Origin: Octopus vulgaris
Taxonomy: Eukaryota
Direction: 5' to 3'
NCBI GenBank assembly: GCA_951406725.2
Contig: OX597829.1
Location: 29,140,001-29,204,000, forward strand
DNA length: 64,000 nucleotides
Shown: in pieces, positions 40,746-53,533 of the stretch
How positions within the stretch are numbered: position 1 is the stretch's first letter
Layout of the letters: each line of letters starts with the position of its first letter
Translations under genes and position numbers: made by a program
The notes under the pieces: generated by a model
The model's database searches: none
Told to the model about the DNA's origin: nothing
Seen by the model: only the letters and a program-made list of their open reading frames with translations

Positions 40746-42147
40746 ACGGGCTTCTTTCAGTTTCCATCTACAAAATCCACTCACAAGGCTTTAGTCAGCC
40801 CAAGGCTATAGTAGAAGATACTTGCCCAAGGTGCCACGCAGTGGGAATGAACCCGGAACCATGTGGTTGGTAAGCAAGCTACTTACATTTAATATTTGCA
40901 CACTTTAAAAATGTTTTTCCATTGTAATTTAATTTAACATTTGTTTCATTATGTCTCTGTGAAATTTTTACAAATGGTAATAATGTGAAATATTTTCTGG
41001 ATTTGAAGATTAAAACATGTTTTCTGTTCTGTATTTTATTTTGTTCTATTAGGGATGTCATGTTTGTGTGGTACTTCTATAAATGATAGCAATACGTAAG
41101 ATATTTTCAGGATTTTATGATTGAAATGTTTTTTATTGTGTAGATTTTACTGTAATCCTTATTTTATTTTTATTTTGTCCTATTTGGGATGTCACGTTCA
41201 TGTGGTATTTTTACAAAGTGTAACTGTGCAATAAAATGTTATTCCGTATTTCTCACAATAATTTTCCTATCATAGAGTTTAGTTTTTCCTTTGTCTGGGA
41301 CAAAAAACAGTACTGTATAAGTCTACATCCAATACTACCAAAATCTTAAAATACTGCACCAGCTGTAGCCCTGTCCACTTGCATGAACTGAGACACTGTT
41401 GGCCAAGAACCTTCCTTATGAAACACATGAAGATAAAAATCAATGCTGGGCTGAACAATGAATAGTCAAATTGGAGTATCAGAGTGCAGGAGTGGATCCA
41501 GAAATTTCTAGTGGGGGATTGGCCTGAGGTCTGATTCATTGCAATTGATCAAAATGACAGTGTAATATGTTCAGAGATACTGAAAAAAATCAATTTTTAT
41601 ACTGAACCTTTCAAGGGTTGTTTGTTGCTGGTACAAGAAATAAAATGCTTACCATCATACATATTTAAACAAAACAGTCTAATTTGAAAAGTTTCTTGAT
41701 TGGTGGGACCCCTATCTCCCCTCCTGAATCCATCCCTGTCGGGGGTGTAGTTTCAGTATTACAGTGGGTACATAACGGTAGGTGTAAACTTTGAGAGTAA
41801 ACTTACCGTACCATGTCTCTGTACTGACAGTCCCACAAAACAAACTGGTAAAGCAGTTTTGTTAGTTTTACAGACGAGAGTGTGGAGTCACAACAGGAGA
41901 CAGTCACAGTTAGCCAATGTAAGGGATAGCGCAAATAAGTGTTAGACAAACAGCTAAAATAAATGCAAGGAAAATTTTAAGCGGCATGCTGAAGGTTACA
42001 GCGATGTTTTTTCGTTGCATCTGTATAAAGGTAACAAGACTCATAGTGGCAGGACCTTATTTTTATGATTTTTTTTTTCAAATTTTTGGTTGTCTAAATT
42101 AGGGTGTGTTCTCAAGGACAAAGCATTTTCGATGCCGAGAAATACGG
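38617..42147 (+). mobile_element. Decayed pogo-superfamily (POGK/Passer-like) DNA transposon with nested insertions
   Basis: TIRs ccatatttcccagcatcgaa / ttcgatgccgagaaatacgg, TA TSD; YKLQVIEYAKQHGNRA, CCADGTILPP, KGWMDE, WDQFCAH and LDQSINKP motifs (about 39230-40456). Confidence 0.88.
41487..41738. mobile_element. PIF/Harbinger-like MITE nested in the pogo element
   Basis: TIRs caggagtggatccag / ctgaatccatccctg. Confidence 0.55.
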
Positions 42148-42154
42148 TATACTA

Positions 42155-43722
42155 ATAATAATGAAATTATTGTATACAGTGCTCAGATGCACTACAACTC
42201 GTCAAAAGTGCATATAAAGTATATGCAGTAATGTACAAATGTCTGGAAAATGAACAGTGTATGAGTCAGATACATGCTTGCGTGTGTATGAAGGGGAGAA
42301 AATCAGGTGTAGTGTTGGCAAATCTCAGGAAGCATGGAAGTTTTGAAGGATACAGTGCTCTGACAACTAACAACTGATGCTGGCAGTTTGTTCTATGCTT
42401 CAGCAACTCTTAGCGTAAAAAAATGTTTCCGAAAGTCATGGGAACTGTGCTGTTCTCTGACTTTGTAAACATGTCCACAGGTGTTAGACAGGTGGAGTTT
42501 GAAAAGGTGCTCAGAGTTATTGTTTGTAAGATGGTTAATAATTTTATGGGTGCCTGCCAAGTCAGCTGCCAGACGTCAGAGTTTCAATGTATCCATGCCC
42601 AGGGAAGTAAGGCATTCAGAATATGGCAAATGCCTGATGGAGGGTATTCTCTTGGTTGCATGTCGCTGAACAGCTTCCAGATGATTAATATCCTGGGCAA
42701 GACCGGTGATGCAAATTCCAGGTGAGGTCGTACCATAGCTATATAAAGCCACAGATAGATAGCCGGAGAGCGGCTCACAAAGGACTTGGTGAGTGATGCC
42801 AAGACACCCTCAGCCTTCTTGGCAATTTTAGCGATGTGTTTTGTTCAACGCAAATCGCTGTCGACAATAACACCCAGGTCATGTTCACAAGAAGACTTTT
42901 TGAGATTAGTGTTGTGGAGGGAGTATGTCGACGCTGGGTTTTTCCTCCCAAAATGCATGGTGGTACATTTGTCCACAGCCAGCTTGAGTTGCCAGTCCAT
43001 GATCCACTGCTGCATTGTGTCCAGGTCTGATTGCAATAGAGATCTATAGTGTACAGGATCTGACCTCTTTATTTTGAGGTAGAGCTTGATGCCATATTTC
43101 AGCACTGTGGCATTCTTTAAGTTGGCATCTATGTCATTAACATATGCAACAAATAAAAGGGGGCCAAGAACAGATCCCTGTGGTACACCAGATGTCATCT
43201 CATAGGGTGAAGCGTGCTGTCCTAGAACTGTGACAACCTCTTTTCAGACGATAATAAAGGGCTTCAACCAGTTATAGAGATCGTCTCTTACATCCATTGC
43301 AGAGAGTTTCACCATAAGTCTTTTGTGTGGCACAGAATTAAAAGCCTTAGCAAAGTCCAGGTAAACAACATCCACCCAGGATCCGCAATCAGTGATTCGG
43401 GTAATGTCCTCAAGAAACTCAATGAGTTGATTACAGCTGCTGGAGTTAGGAATAAAACCAAATTGTGACAGCTGGATGGGGCTGTGAGACTTCCAGAAGT
43501 TCCAGAGGGTTTCTCTGACACAGGATTCCATCAGTTTGGCGATGCAGCTAGTAAGACTAATGGGGCAATAGTTGACAGGCGATGTGCGGTCACCTTTTTT
43601 GAACAGAGGGATAACACTGGCAGTTTTCCACTGCTCTGGAGTAACACCATTGTCAAGACAGAATTGAAAGAATAGTAAAAGTTGGTTTAGAAGAAAGTAC
43701 CCACTGCGTTTGAGAAGTAGGT
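42155..43722 (-). mobile_element. 5'-truncated CR1-type LINE
   Basis: YLDFAKAFNSVPH, GVPQGSVLGPLLF and VRPHLEFASPV motifs; (ATT)n tail; 3' end copies at 54962-55376 and 59447-59829. Confidence 0.9.
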
Positions 43723-43924
43723 ATTTAAAAAATTTTAAATATAAAAATATAAAAATTTATAAATATGAATTTTAAAATTTCAAATTTTAATAATTTAAAT
43801 TTTAAATTTCATATTTTATATATATATTGTATATTATATTAATTATATTTATTTTTTGTTTTTTGTGTTTTGGTTTATGTCTATCACTGTTTGAGTTGCC
43901 TAATAGTGGTTTTATCTCTAATTT

Positions 43925-43966
<42 letters not shown>

Positions 43967-44310
43967 TAGATAGATAGATATATATACATATATATGTATA
44001 TGCATGTCCATATTGCATAGTTGTTTATTTCTTGTCTATTCAGTTTTTGTCTTGTTCTTTGGCTTATCAATTCCCAGTGGCATTTTGCTGTCAGCACCAC
44101 CAGAAGGGAATGCAATATTATTGTTAAGGCACAAAATTGTGTTTGACCCTCTGGCCAGTAAGTGATGACAATTTGGCAACATTCTGTGTCTATTTCCTTT
44201 TTTTTTTTTGTGCATTAATTATATATACTTTTAACTTATTACAAACATACACACAAACTTCTTGTTATATCGCAATACTACACAGTGACTGCGTGAGCTA
44301 CGCTACGAAA

Positions 44311-44421
44311 TCCTCGCCACTGTTATATCACACGTTCAGATGACCTCTACATCTAGACTTCTCCCTCTGTATCTACGTATTGGGCTAGCCTACTTCATCA
44401 TCTGGGGGTGTCGACACAACA
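44311..44421 (-). mobile_element. Possible short Gypsy LTR remnant plus primer-binding site
   Basis: Minus strand: TGTTGTGTC...GATATAACA followed directly by GTGGCGAGGA. Confidence 0.4.
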
Positions 44422-44984
44422 CTTTTTCATTAGTTCAAATATAGATAATTTATAAACTTCAAGAGAACATTAAATGATTCTGGTTTTAGAATGGTGAATC
44501 TCAAACTAAATAAAGCTTTATATAGCAGCATGTAAATATTGGGTTTAAAAAACCCCTTTAGATAGAAAAAGTAAAAGATTGCCCAAAAGAGTTGAACCCC
44601 CAATCTCCTGTAAACATGACTGACATTCTACTTCAGAACCAACACAATCCTTCAAATTTCTCTCAAAGTTTATAAATTCTTGATATTTACAATTAACAAT
44701 TCTCATTGGTAAGAATTAAATTTCTAAAATCCATAAAAGCAATTAGAAGGATTGCTTTGGGCCAATGGTAGAACATTATGTCCACAGGAGTTATGGGTTT
44801 GAGTCGCACAGGTATCCTTTGGCTTTTCTATTCAAAAGAGTTTTTCACTCCAATATTTACACACTATTACTTTATTTGTAGCTTTATGCGCTTCATAATT
44901 CACTGTTCCAAAAAGGGAATTATTTCATGATCTTTCAAGACAATTCTTATGACATCAAGTATATACATACATACGTAAATACAT

Positions 44985-46273
44985 AAGAGGGGAACCCAAA
45001 AATAACCAGAAATGTTCTCTGTGGGTCAAGCCCATTGTAGTTCAGGCTTCTGCTACTAGAAGCCACTTGGTGCGACCCCCCAGGCATCAATCTGCTGACC
45101 AGCAGCATCAAATGATGTTGTACTGACATGTGGTGTGTCTTTGCTTTGTTTGTCAATTTTTGTGATGGCAGAAATGAAAGAATAGCATGCTTCTATGAAA
45201 TTCTGTTTTCTCCTGGGGAAAATAGCAGCTGAAACAGTTGTCATGCTTCAAACAGCTTACAAGGACACTGCCATGAGCAAGACACAAGTTTACAAGTGGT
45301 TTCAATGCTTTAAGAATGGTCACTTGTTTGAAGACCAACCTCATTCAGGGCAACCATCAACCTCCTAATAGAATGAAAACATCACAAAAATTCATGAACT
45401 GATCTTTGAAAACTGTTGCCTAGCAAATTGATGAAGTTGTTGATATGACTTGTGAGTCCTGGAACTCCATCCAATGAATTCTGAGCGAGGAATTGTGAAT
45501 GAGAAGAGTTGCAGTGAAATTTGTGCCTCACTTGCTCACAGAACATCAAAAGCAGTCACAACTGAATGGGTGCCTTGAACTGAAAGAACAGAAGTTGATC
45601 TGGACCTTTTTTCTGAACGATATCATTGGTGATAAAAGCTGGTGCTATGGTTACGACCTGGAAACAAAGCAGCAATCAAGTCAATGGAAGCATTCAATGT
45701 TACCATGCCCCCACAAAGCGCATATAGAGAAGTCCAATGTCTGGTTTGTTTCATCAATGCAAAAGAAATTGTCCACACAAAATTTCTTCCTCCTGGTCAG
45801 ACTGTTAACCAGACATTTTACTTGGAAGTCCTGAAGCATTTGTAAGACTCAGTGAGATGAAAATGCCCCAACTTGAAACAAAGTGGGGAGTGGTGGTTTC
45901 GTCAGGACAATGCACATGTTCACACTGTCTTGAGTGTGAGACAGTTTTTGACCAAGATCAGCATGACTCACTTTACCCAACATCCCTATTCACCCCAATC
46001 TTGCACCTTATGACTGTTATTTTGTTCCCCCAAATGAAAAAAGTCCTTAAAGGTAAAACGTTGTGGAAGGGGTGAAGAAAAAAAACGATGGAGGCATTAA
46101 AAGGCATCACTTTGCAAGAGTTCCAGGACTGCTTCAAATAGGGGAAAATGTGTCTGGACTGATGCATTGCTCAAAATGGAGATATACTTTGAAGTCAATA
46201 AAAGCGTAAACACGTGATTCTAAGTGAATAAAATAATATTGCAAAATTCTAGTTTCTTTTGGGTACACCTTCA
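44985..46273 (+). mobile_element. Decayed near full-length mariner
   Basis: TIR-like gaggggaacccaaaaataacc / gtttcttttgggtacaccttc; KFVPHLLT and GDKSWCYGYD motifs. Confidence 0.85.
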
Positions 46274-46501
46274 TACATACTAAAAATTAATATAATTAAT
46301 GTACAAATATATAAATATGTGGCTGGGTGGTAAGTAGCTTGCTTCCCAACCACATGGTTCCTGATTCAGTCCCACTGCATGGCACCCAGGGCAAGTGTCT
46401 TCTTTTATAGCCTCAGACTGACCAAAGCCTTGTGAGTGGATTTGGTGGATGGAAACTGAAGGAAGCCCATCATGTGTGTATGCGTATATATATATATATA
46501 T

Positions 46502-46765
46502 ATATGCAAGAAGAAAATGGAGGAAAAATAACAGAAAGAAGTTGGTCGTTTGTGCTAATTAATGGCTTACTAGCGTAAATGACCAACTTCTTCCTGTTAT
46601 TTTTTTCCTCCATTTTCTTCTTGCATATAATTTAAACTACGGTTTACCTGCCGAATTACCTACTACAGTATACCTTTTACCAAGGACTGTCCCTACACAG
46701 GTAATCACCAGGAGCACCTTTGGATTTAACCATCCCTTCGAGGTTTTAAGCACCTCTTATACCTA
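46502..46765 (+). mobile_element. Fold-back element (palindrome 46502-46628 + tail) in the TA tract of a SINE A
   Basis: Inverted arms of about 57 bp with a 13 nt loop; TA flanks. Confidence 0.7.
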
Positions 46766-47204
46766 TATATATATATATATATATCTGTGTAGTAAATAGA
46801 TTGCTAACCAACCACATGGTTCCAGGTTCACTCCTACTGCATGGCACCTTGGGCAAGTATCTTCTACTAAAAGAAGATGGTGGTGGTGGTGGTGATGGCG
46901 ATGACGACGACGGTGATGTTGATGATGATGATGATGTATAGGTAAATCCCAAGTAAAAACAAAAACAGGAAAAATAACAAAAAGTCAAAAAGGATGTGCA
47001 CAGTGAATATATTAGATTAACACTCAGAGAAAGTTTAAAATGGTAAAAAGTGGTGGGGGTGAGGCTGGGGGTGGGGCTGATGTTTCAAGCATGGCTCTTT
47101 GTCAGAAAGAGGAAAGATGGAAAAGTCCAGAGAGAAGGAAAAGAATAGTCTTAGAGGAGCACATGTGTCATTATATGGCTGATAAACACACATATTTATT
47201 TATT

Positions 47205-47418
47205 TTTCTTACTTGTTTCAGTCATTTGACTGCGGCCATGCTGGAGCACCGCCTTTAGTCGATCAACTCAACCCCGGGACTTATTCTTTGTAAACCCAGT
47301 ACTTATTCTATCGGTCTCTTTTGCCGAACTGCTAAGTGACGGGGACATAAACACACCAGCATCGGTTGTCAAGCAATGCTAGGGGGACAAACGCAGACAC
47401 ACAAACATACACGCACAT

Positions 47419-47485
<67 letters not shown>

Positions 47486-47652
47486 CATGACGGGCTTCTT
47501 TCAGTTTCTGTCTACCAAATCCACTCGCAAGGCTTTGGTCGGCCCGAGGCTATAGTAGAAGATACTTGCCCAAGGTGCCACACAGTGGAACTGAACCCGG
47601 AACCATGTGGTTGGTAAGCAAGCTACTTTACCACACAGCCACTCCTGTGCCT
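47205..47652 (-). mobile_element. Full-length SINE family A
   Basis: Intact head, core, internal (TA)n(CA)n tract and 3' tail. Confidence 0.9.
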
Positions 47653-48159
47653 ATTTATTTAAATACAACAAATACAAGAAAGCCTTAATTTGAAAGGCAT
47701 TCAAGGGTTTTTACCAGGAAGGACATCTGACTGTAGAATAATACTTCAATAGCATACATTTAAGCCATGCTAACATGGGGGAAAAAATGGATGTGGACAA
47801 GCAAATATATGTATCTATGTATATGCATGTGTACACTCACACACACAACACATATACATACATACACGCACACATAGAAAAAATATATTTACACTTCCAT
47901 AGACATAAATAATATAAACATAAATATATACATACATACACACATAAACACATGCACACATACACACACACACACACATACAAACACATATATATATATG
48001 ATAAATATATATATATATCAAATATTTGTTTATGTGCTTTAGTGAGCATGTGTGTGTATGTATACATACATATATTAATATATATGTGTGTGTGTATATA
48101 TATATATAGAGAGAGACACAGAGAGAGAGAGAGTGATGTGTATGAGCTTGTGAGTGCAT

Positions 48160-48245
<86 letters not shown>

Positions 48246-48341
48246 GTGTGCATGTGTGTATTCAGATATAAAGTAGATAGTCAATCCAGGCTGGATTATA
48301 TATACTTTCAGGATAGGGCTTGGTTATTTGTTTGTCTGTCT

Positions 48342-48450
<109 letters not shown>

Positions 48451-48680
48451 TCCATTTCCTGTACCTCTGGCTCATCTCATTTCCCTCTTCAACATTATCA
48501 TCACTTCTGCTGCTCTACTAGCACTACCCATTACCCACCAATCATCTTCTGCCACCACCAGCAACAACAACAACAACAACAACAACACCTCGACTGCCTC
48601 CACCCACACTATCAACAGATATTCACAACCCAACCTTACCCTTCAATACACATCTTCCACACTATTCTCCACCCATCACC

Positions 48681-48733
<53 letters not shown>

Positions 48734-48907
48734 CACACACACACTCACACGCATACACATGCATATATAGGTGGGATATCTGTGTGTGTGTGTGTGTGAG
48801 TATGGGTGTGTGTATGTATATGTATGTATTTGTGTATGTTTGTACATGTGTATGTTTGTACATGTGTATGTTTGTGAGTAGTGAGTGTATGTTTGTACTG
48901 TATATAC

Positions 48908-48960
<53 letters not shown>

Positions 48961-49467
48961 ATTGTTTGTGTGTGTACTTTTTGTAGGAGTGCATGTATAT
49001 GTGTATGAGTGCCTGTATGTATACACACATAACAGACTTTAATTGCAGTTGATCTCTGTATATCCTAAAACAGAGTGCAGCTGGTATTTTTAGCTCAGTG
49101 GAGGACATGGCAAGTTAACTATCTCTCCAACAAGTGTATTTTTCCTCCTTTTACATCTCTTCCCTCTCCCACTCTTTCTCCCTTACTCTCTCTCTCTCTC
49201 TCTCTCACTCTCACTCTCTCTCTTTCTCCCATCTCTTTCAGCTTCCTCTTTCTCTCAAAGACACACTCTCTTTCTCTTCCTCTCTCATTTTTCTCTATTT
49301 TTTTTTTTCTAGTTTACTAACTTCTCTCATCTAGAAACACCCACACAGAATCATATATAGGCACATGTGTGTGTGTGTGCTTGTGTGTGTGTGTGTGAGT
49401 GTGTGTGTGTATGTGCATGTGTGTGTGTCTGTGTCTGTATATACACATACACACACATGCACGTATA

Positions 49468-49505
<38 letters not shown>

Positions 49506-50324
49506 CACACACACTCACAAACAGATATTAGGGTGGAAGTGATACTTATCAAGGTACATCAATAGATTAATAGATAGTCAGACAGACAGATACACACACA
49601 CACACACACAGATGCATGCATACATCCATACATATGAACATCCATGTATCCTTCTATACATCCATACATACAGCCATACTTACATACCTATATAGATACA
49701 TACATAAAACAGCCATACATATATATATATATATACATACATACATACATACATACATACATACATACATACATACATACATACATACATACACACTTAT
49801 ACACATTAATACATATGTACTCGCAAAGATACATACATGCATGCATACATACATGCTCACAAACGCATACACACCCACATTCATACATACATACATGCAT
49901 GCATACATACATACATACATACATACATGCATGCATGCATGCATACAGACATACATAAAACATAGACAGACTGAAAAACTTATAGACAGAGATGAACAAG
50001 AAGGGAGAAAGGTGGGGAGATGTTTGAATTGGTGGGTGAATGGATGGATGGATGGATGGATGGATGGATGGATGGATGGATGGATGGATGGATGGATGGA
50101 TGGATGGATGGATGGACAGAGGGATGGATGGAGAGATGGATGGATGGCTGATTTTTTTTCCATATATCTTCAGGTTTGGAATGGCTAATCCTTCACCAAG
50201 GAGGCAGAACACAATACATACATTACTGTTGCAAGTATTTCAAAAAGCCAGAAGAATTCAGTCTTAGAGGGGGTACCAAAAATTAATTTCGTCTATTATA
50301 ATCTGTATACATTGAAGACTTCCT

Positions 50325-50648
50325 TCAGTCACAAATGACCATGGGATTGCACTAAAAAGTTACCCTCCTAGGCACAAGTCCAGGCAATGTTGTTTATGAA
50401 AGACTAGCAGTCGCCGATGCATACTAGCCTCTCCTCTCCACACCAACGATGTTTTCCAAGGGAAAGGCAAAGGCCAATACAACTTGGCACCAGTGACGTC
50501 ACAACTCATTTCCACCACTGTGTGAACTGAAGCAATGTGAAATAAAGTGTCTTGCTCAAGAACACAACACGCAGCCCGGTCCTGGATTCGAACTCACAAC
50601 CTCACAATCATAAGATGAATGCTCTAACCACTGAGCCATGCGCCTTCA
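50325..50648 (-). mobile_element. SINE family C
   Basis: Reverse complement of 5058-5397. Confidence 0.85.
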
Positions 50649-50693
50649 CATAACATATTTGTAAATACATGCATACATATATACATTCATATG

Positions 50694-50737
<44 letters not shown>

Positions 50738-50739
50738 TG

Positions 50740-50773
<34 letters not shown>

Positions 50774-51423
50774 TGTATGTATGTATGTAGGTATGTGTGT
50801 GTATATATATATACGCTCATATATATATGCACTCATATATACATATGTACATATATATATATATATATATATATTTATATGTATATGTATATGTATATGT
50901 ATATATATGTACCGTTATCTTATTTTCTAACTCACCCGTCTTTCAATTCTCCATGGAATATCCTTGTATCTACTCTACAGCAAGACACCTATCTCCGTCC
51001 CACATTAACCTTAAATCTCTGAACTGGCACAAAATCACTCCTCACTTCCAGTTGAGGGATCTTTATCTTGCACGGTACTTGCTGACTTTGTCAGTGATGG
51101 TGCCATATGTAAAAAGCATCAGTGCTGGTTCTACATTAAAAGCATACAATACACTCTGTAAAATGGTTGGTGTAAGAAACGGCATCAGGCTGTAGAAACC
51201 ATGTCAAAACAGACAATGGAGTCTCATGTAGCTCCAGGAATTGCCAACACCTGTCAAACCTTCCAACCCATACCAGCATGGAAACAAACATTAATTGATG
51301 ACAATGATAATGATAATCAGCTGAAATTGCAAGGATAATCTGGTGCTTGACTGAGGAAAGAAAACTTCGAATGACCTGTCCTTGTTTTCCTTAATTTTAT
51401 ATATGTGTGTGTGTGTGTGTGTA

Positions 51424-51482
<59 letters not shown>

Positions 51483-51685
51483 TGTGCGTGTGTGTGTTTC
51501 TTACTCTGATCTATTTATATAAATTTTATGGGTGCCAAGGAATTCCTGATGTATATCCAGTAGCATATGCATCCCTTGTGTTGTTGACATCATGCACCCA
51601 ATAACTGTGAAAACTGTGAACAAGCTTTACACAGCATCCTACAAGGTTTCTACATGAGTACTGTATTATATATATCCATCATGGC

Positions 51686-51756
51686 CAATCTTACTGGCCA
51701 GTTTCACACTAGTGGTGTTCAATCTGATTATGTAACCCTGCACTCTTCAGAGATTG
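51686..51756 (-). ncRNA. Type I hammerhead ribozyme (within an insert at about 51500-51775)
   Basis: Minus strand: caatct-CTGAAGA-gtgc...gtgt-GAAA-ctggccag-TA-agattg; stem II mostly G-U pairs, consistent with CpG decay. Confidence 0.8.
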
Positions 51757-51866
51757 CAGTTATGGAATTTATATGTGTATATGTATGTATATGAATACTG
51801 GAAAGAAATGATAAAAAAAGAATGATGTATGAGGCATTCTCATGAAAACACAGGAACGGTTTACAG

Positions 51867-52117
51867 CAATGGTTCTCAACCAGCGTCGATATGGCCCATA
51901 GGAGTCCATATAAATTTTCTGTTATTAAAATCTATGTGCAATAAATTGATTATTCTTCTACAATGCACAAAATATTTCAACAATTTTTTATACAATTCTT
52001 AATATTTAATTATAAAAAAGAACATGGATTTTTTAGACATCAAACGTTTATTAGGGTCCAGTGGAGTAAAATTGGAATCAAGAGCTTCCTTAAGCAAAAA
52101 ACGGTTGAGAACTGCTG
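51867..52117. mobile_element. hAT (Charlie-like) MITE
   Basis: TIRs caatggttctcaacc / ggttgagaactgctg; 8 bp TSD gtttacag / gtttgcag. Confidence 0.85.
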
Positions 52118-53335
52118 GTTTGCAGGATTAGCGAGGTAAATCTGCATAATCATTTCAAACCTTCTGTAAAATCATGACTCAATATGGGAAAACTTAGTTT
52201 CAAATTTTTGGCACAAGACCAGCAAGTTCCAGGAAGAGGGTAAGTCAATTACATCACCTCCAGTACTCAACTGCTACTTATCGACCCCACAAGGATGAAA
52301 GGCAAAGTTAACTTTGGCAGCATTTGAACTCAGAATGTAAAGACAGATGAAATACTGCTAAGCTTCTAGCCTGGCGTGGTGATGATTCTGGCAGTTTTTA
52401 CATCGGGAAAATATTACCTTATGTATGTATGTATGCATGTATGTATGTATGTATGTATGTATGTATGTATGTATGTATGTATGTATGTATGTATGTATGT
52501 ATGTGTGTATGTGACTGTATGTATGTATGTATGCATGAATGTATGTATGTGTGTATGTATGTATGTGTTTATGTATGTATGTATTTATGTATGTATGTAT
52601 GTATGTATGCAAGTGTATGTATATATGTGAGTGTATGTATGTGTGTATGTATGTATGTGTGTATGTTTGTATGTGTTTATGTATGTATGTGTTTATGTAT
52701 GTATGTATGTATGTATGTATGTATGTGAGTGTATGTATGTATGTACGTGAGTGTATGTATGTGTGTATGTATGTATGTATGTATGTGAGTGTATGTATGT
52801 GTGTATGTGTGTTTATGTATGTATGCATGCATGAATGTATGTATGCATGCATGTATGTATGCATGCATGTATGCATGCATGCATGTATGTATGCATATGT
52901 TGCTCTATATATTTTAGTATCTCATCCCTGACACAAAGCTACCTCCCACTGAAGGAGATTGCTTTGCACCAGGGGTGAGAGTTACTGCCCTTTGACTCAG
53001 TCAAGAGATCATTCTTGTGAGTTACTTAGTGACTTTACTAATGTCGGTGCTATACAAAAAACACCCACTACACTCTTTAAATGATGATGACATGGATACT
53101 TTAGTTTTACTTTTCAGACTTTGAAGGTTTAAAAACATATCTTAAAGGAAAATGGTAAATGGAAAATATAAATTTTAATCATGAAGTATATTTGCCACCT
53201 AAATGGGGCTAACCCTTAAGGGTCGATGCTACTGTAGCTTGTAGCCCCAGGAAGACATCTCCTCCAGCTGGCTATTGTGCCCTATCAGTATTTGCAAAGG
53301 GAAGCCATCCTTCCCATCTCCAGCCTGATGTGATT

Positions 53336-53380
53336 CACATGGACCTGAGTTTCTGAGTATTAACTCGTCATCAGCTTGTG
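53336..53380 (-). ncRNA. Type I hammerhead ribozyme (slightly decayed)
   Basis: cacaag-CTGATGA-cgag ttaata ctca-GAAA-ctcagg-TC-catgtg. Confidence 0.75.
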
Positions 53381-53488
53381 ACAACCACCAGTTGGTGATG
53401 GGAAGTGATTCTCAATTCAAATATATATACTGGAAAAGGTATATATATTTGCATTGAGAATCACTTCCCATCACAAACCAGTGGTTGT

Positions 53489-53533
53489 CACATGCTGATG
53501 ACAGGCCAATACCCAGAAACTCGGGTCTGTGTG
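53489..53533 (+). ncRNA. Type I hammerhead ribozyme (decayed stem II)
   Basis: cacatg-CTGATGA-cagg ccaata ccca-GAAA-ctcggg-TC-tgtgtg. Confidence 0.7.

Noticed and set aside
44281-44325. cagtg-CTGcgtGA...GAAA...cactg as an HHR, or tcctcgc as an HDV L3 loop
   Set aside because: Core spacing and stems do not fit either ribozyme; better explained as LTR-adjacent PBS sequence.
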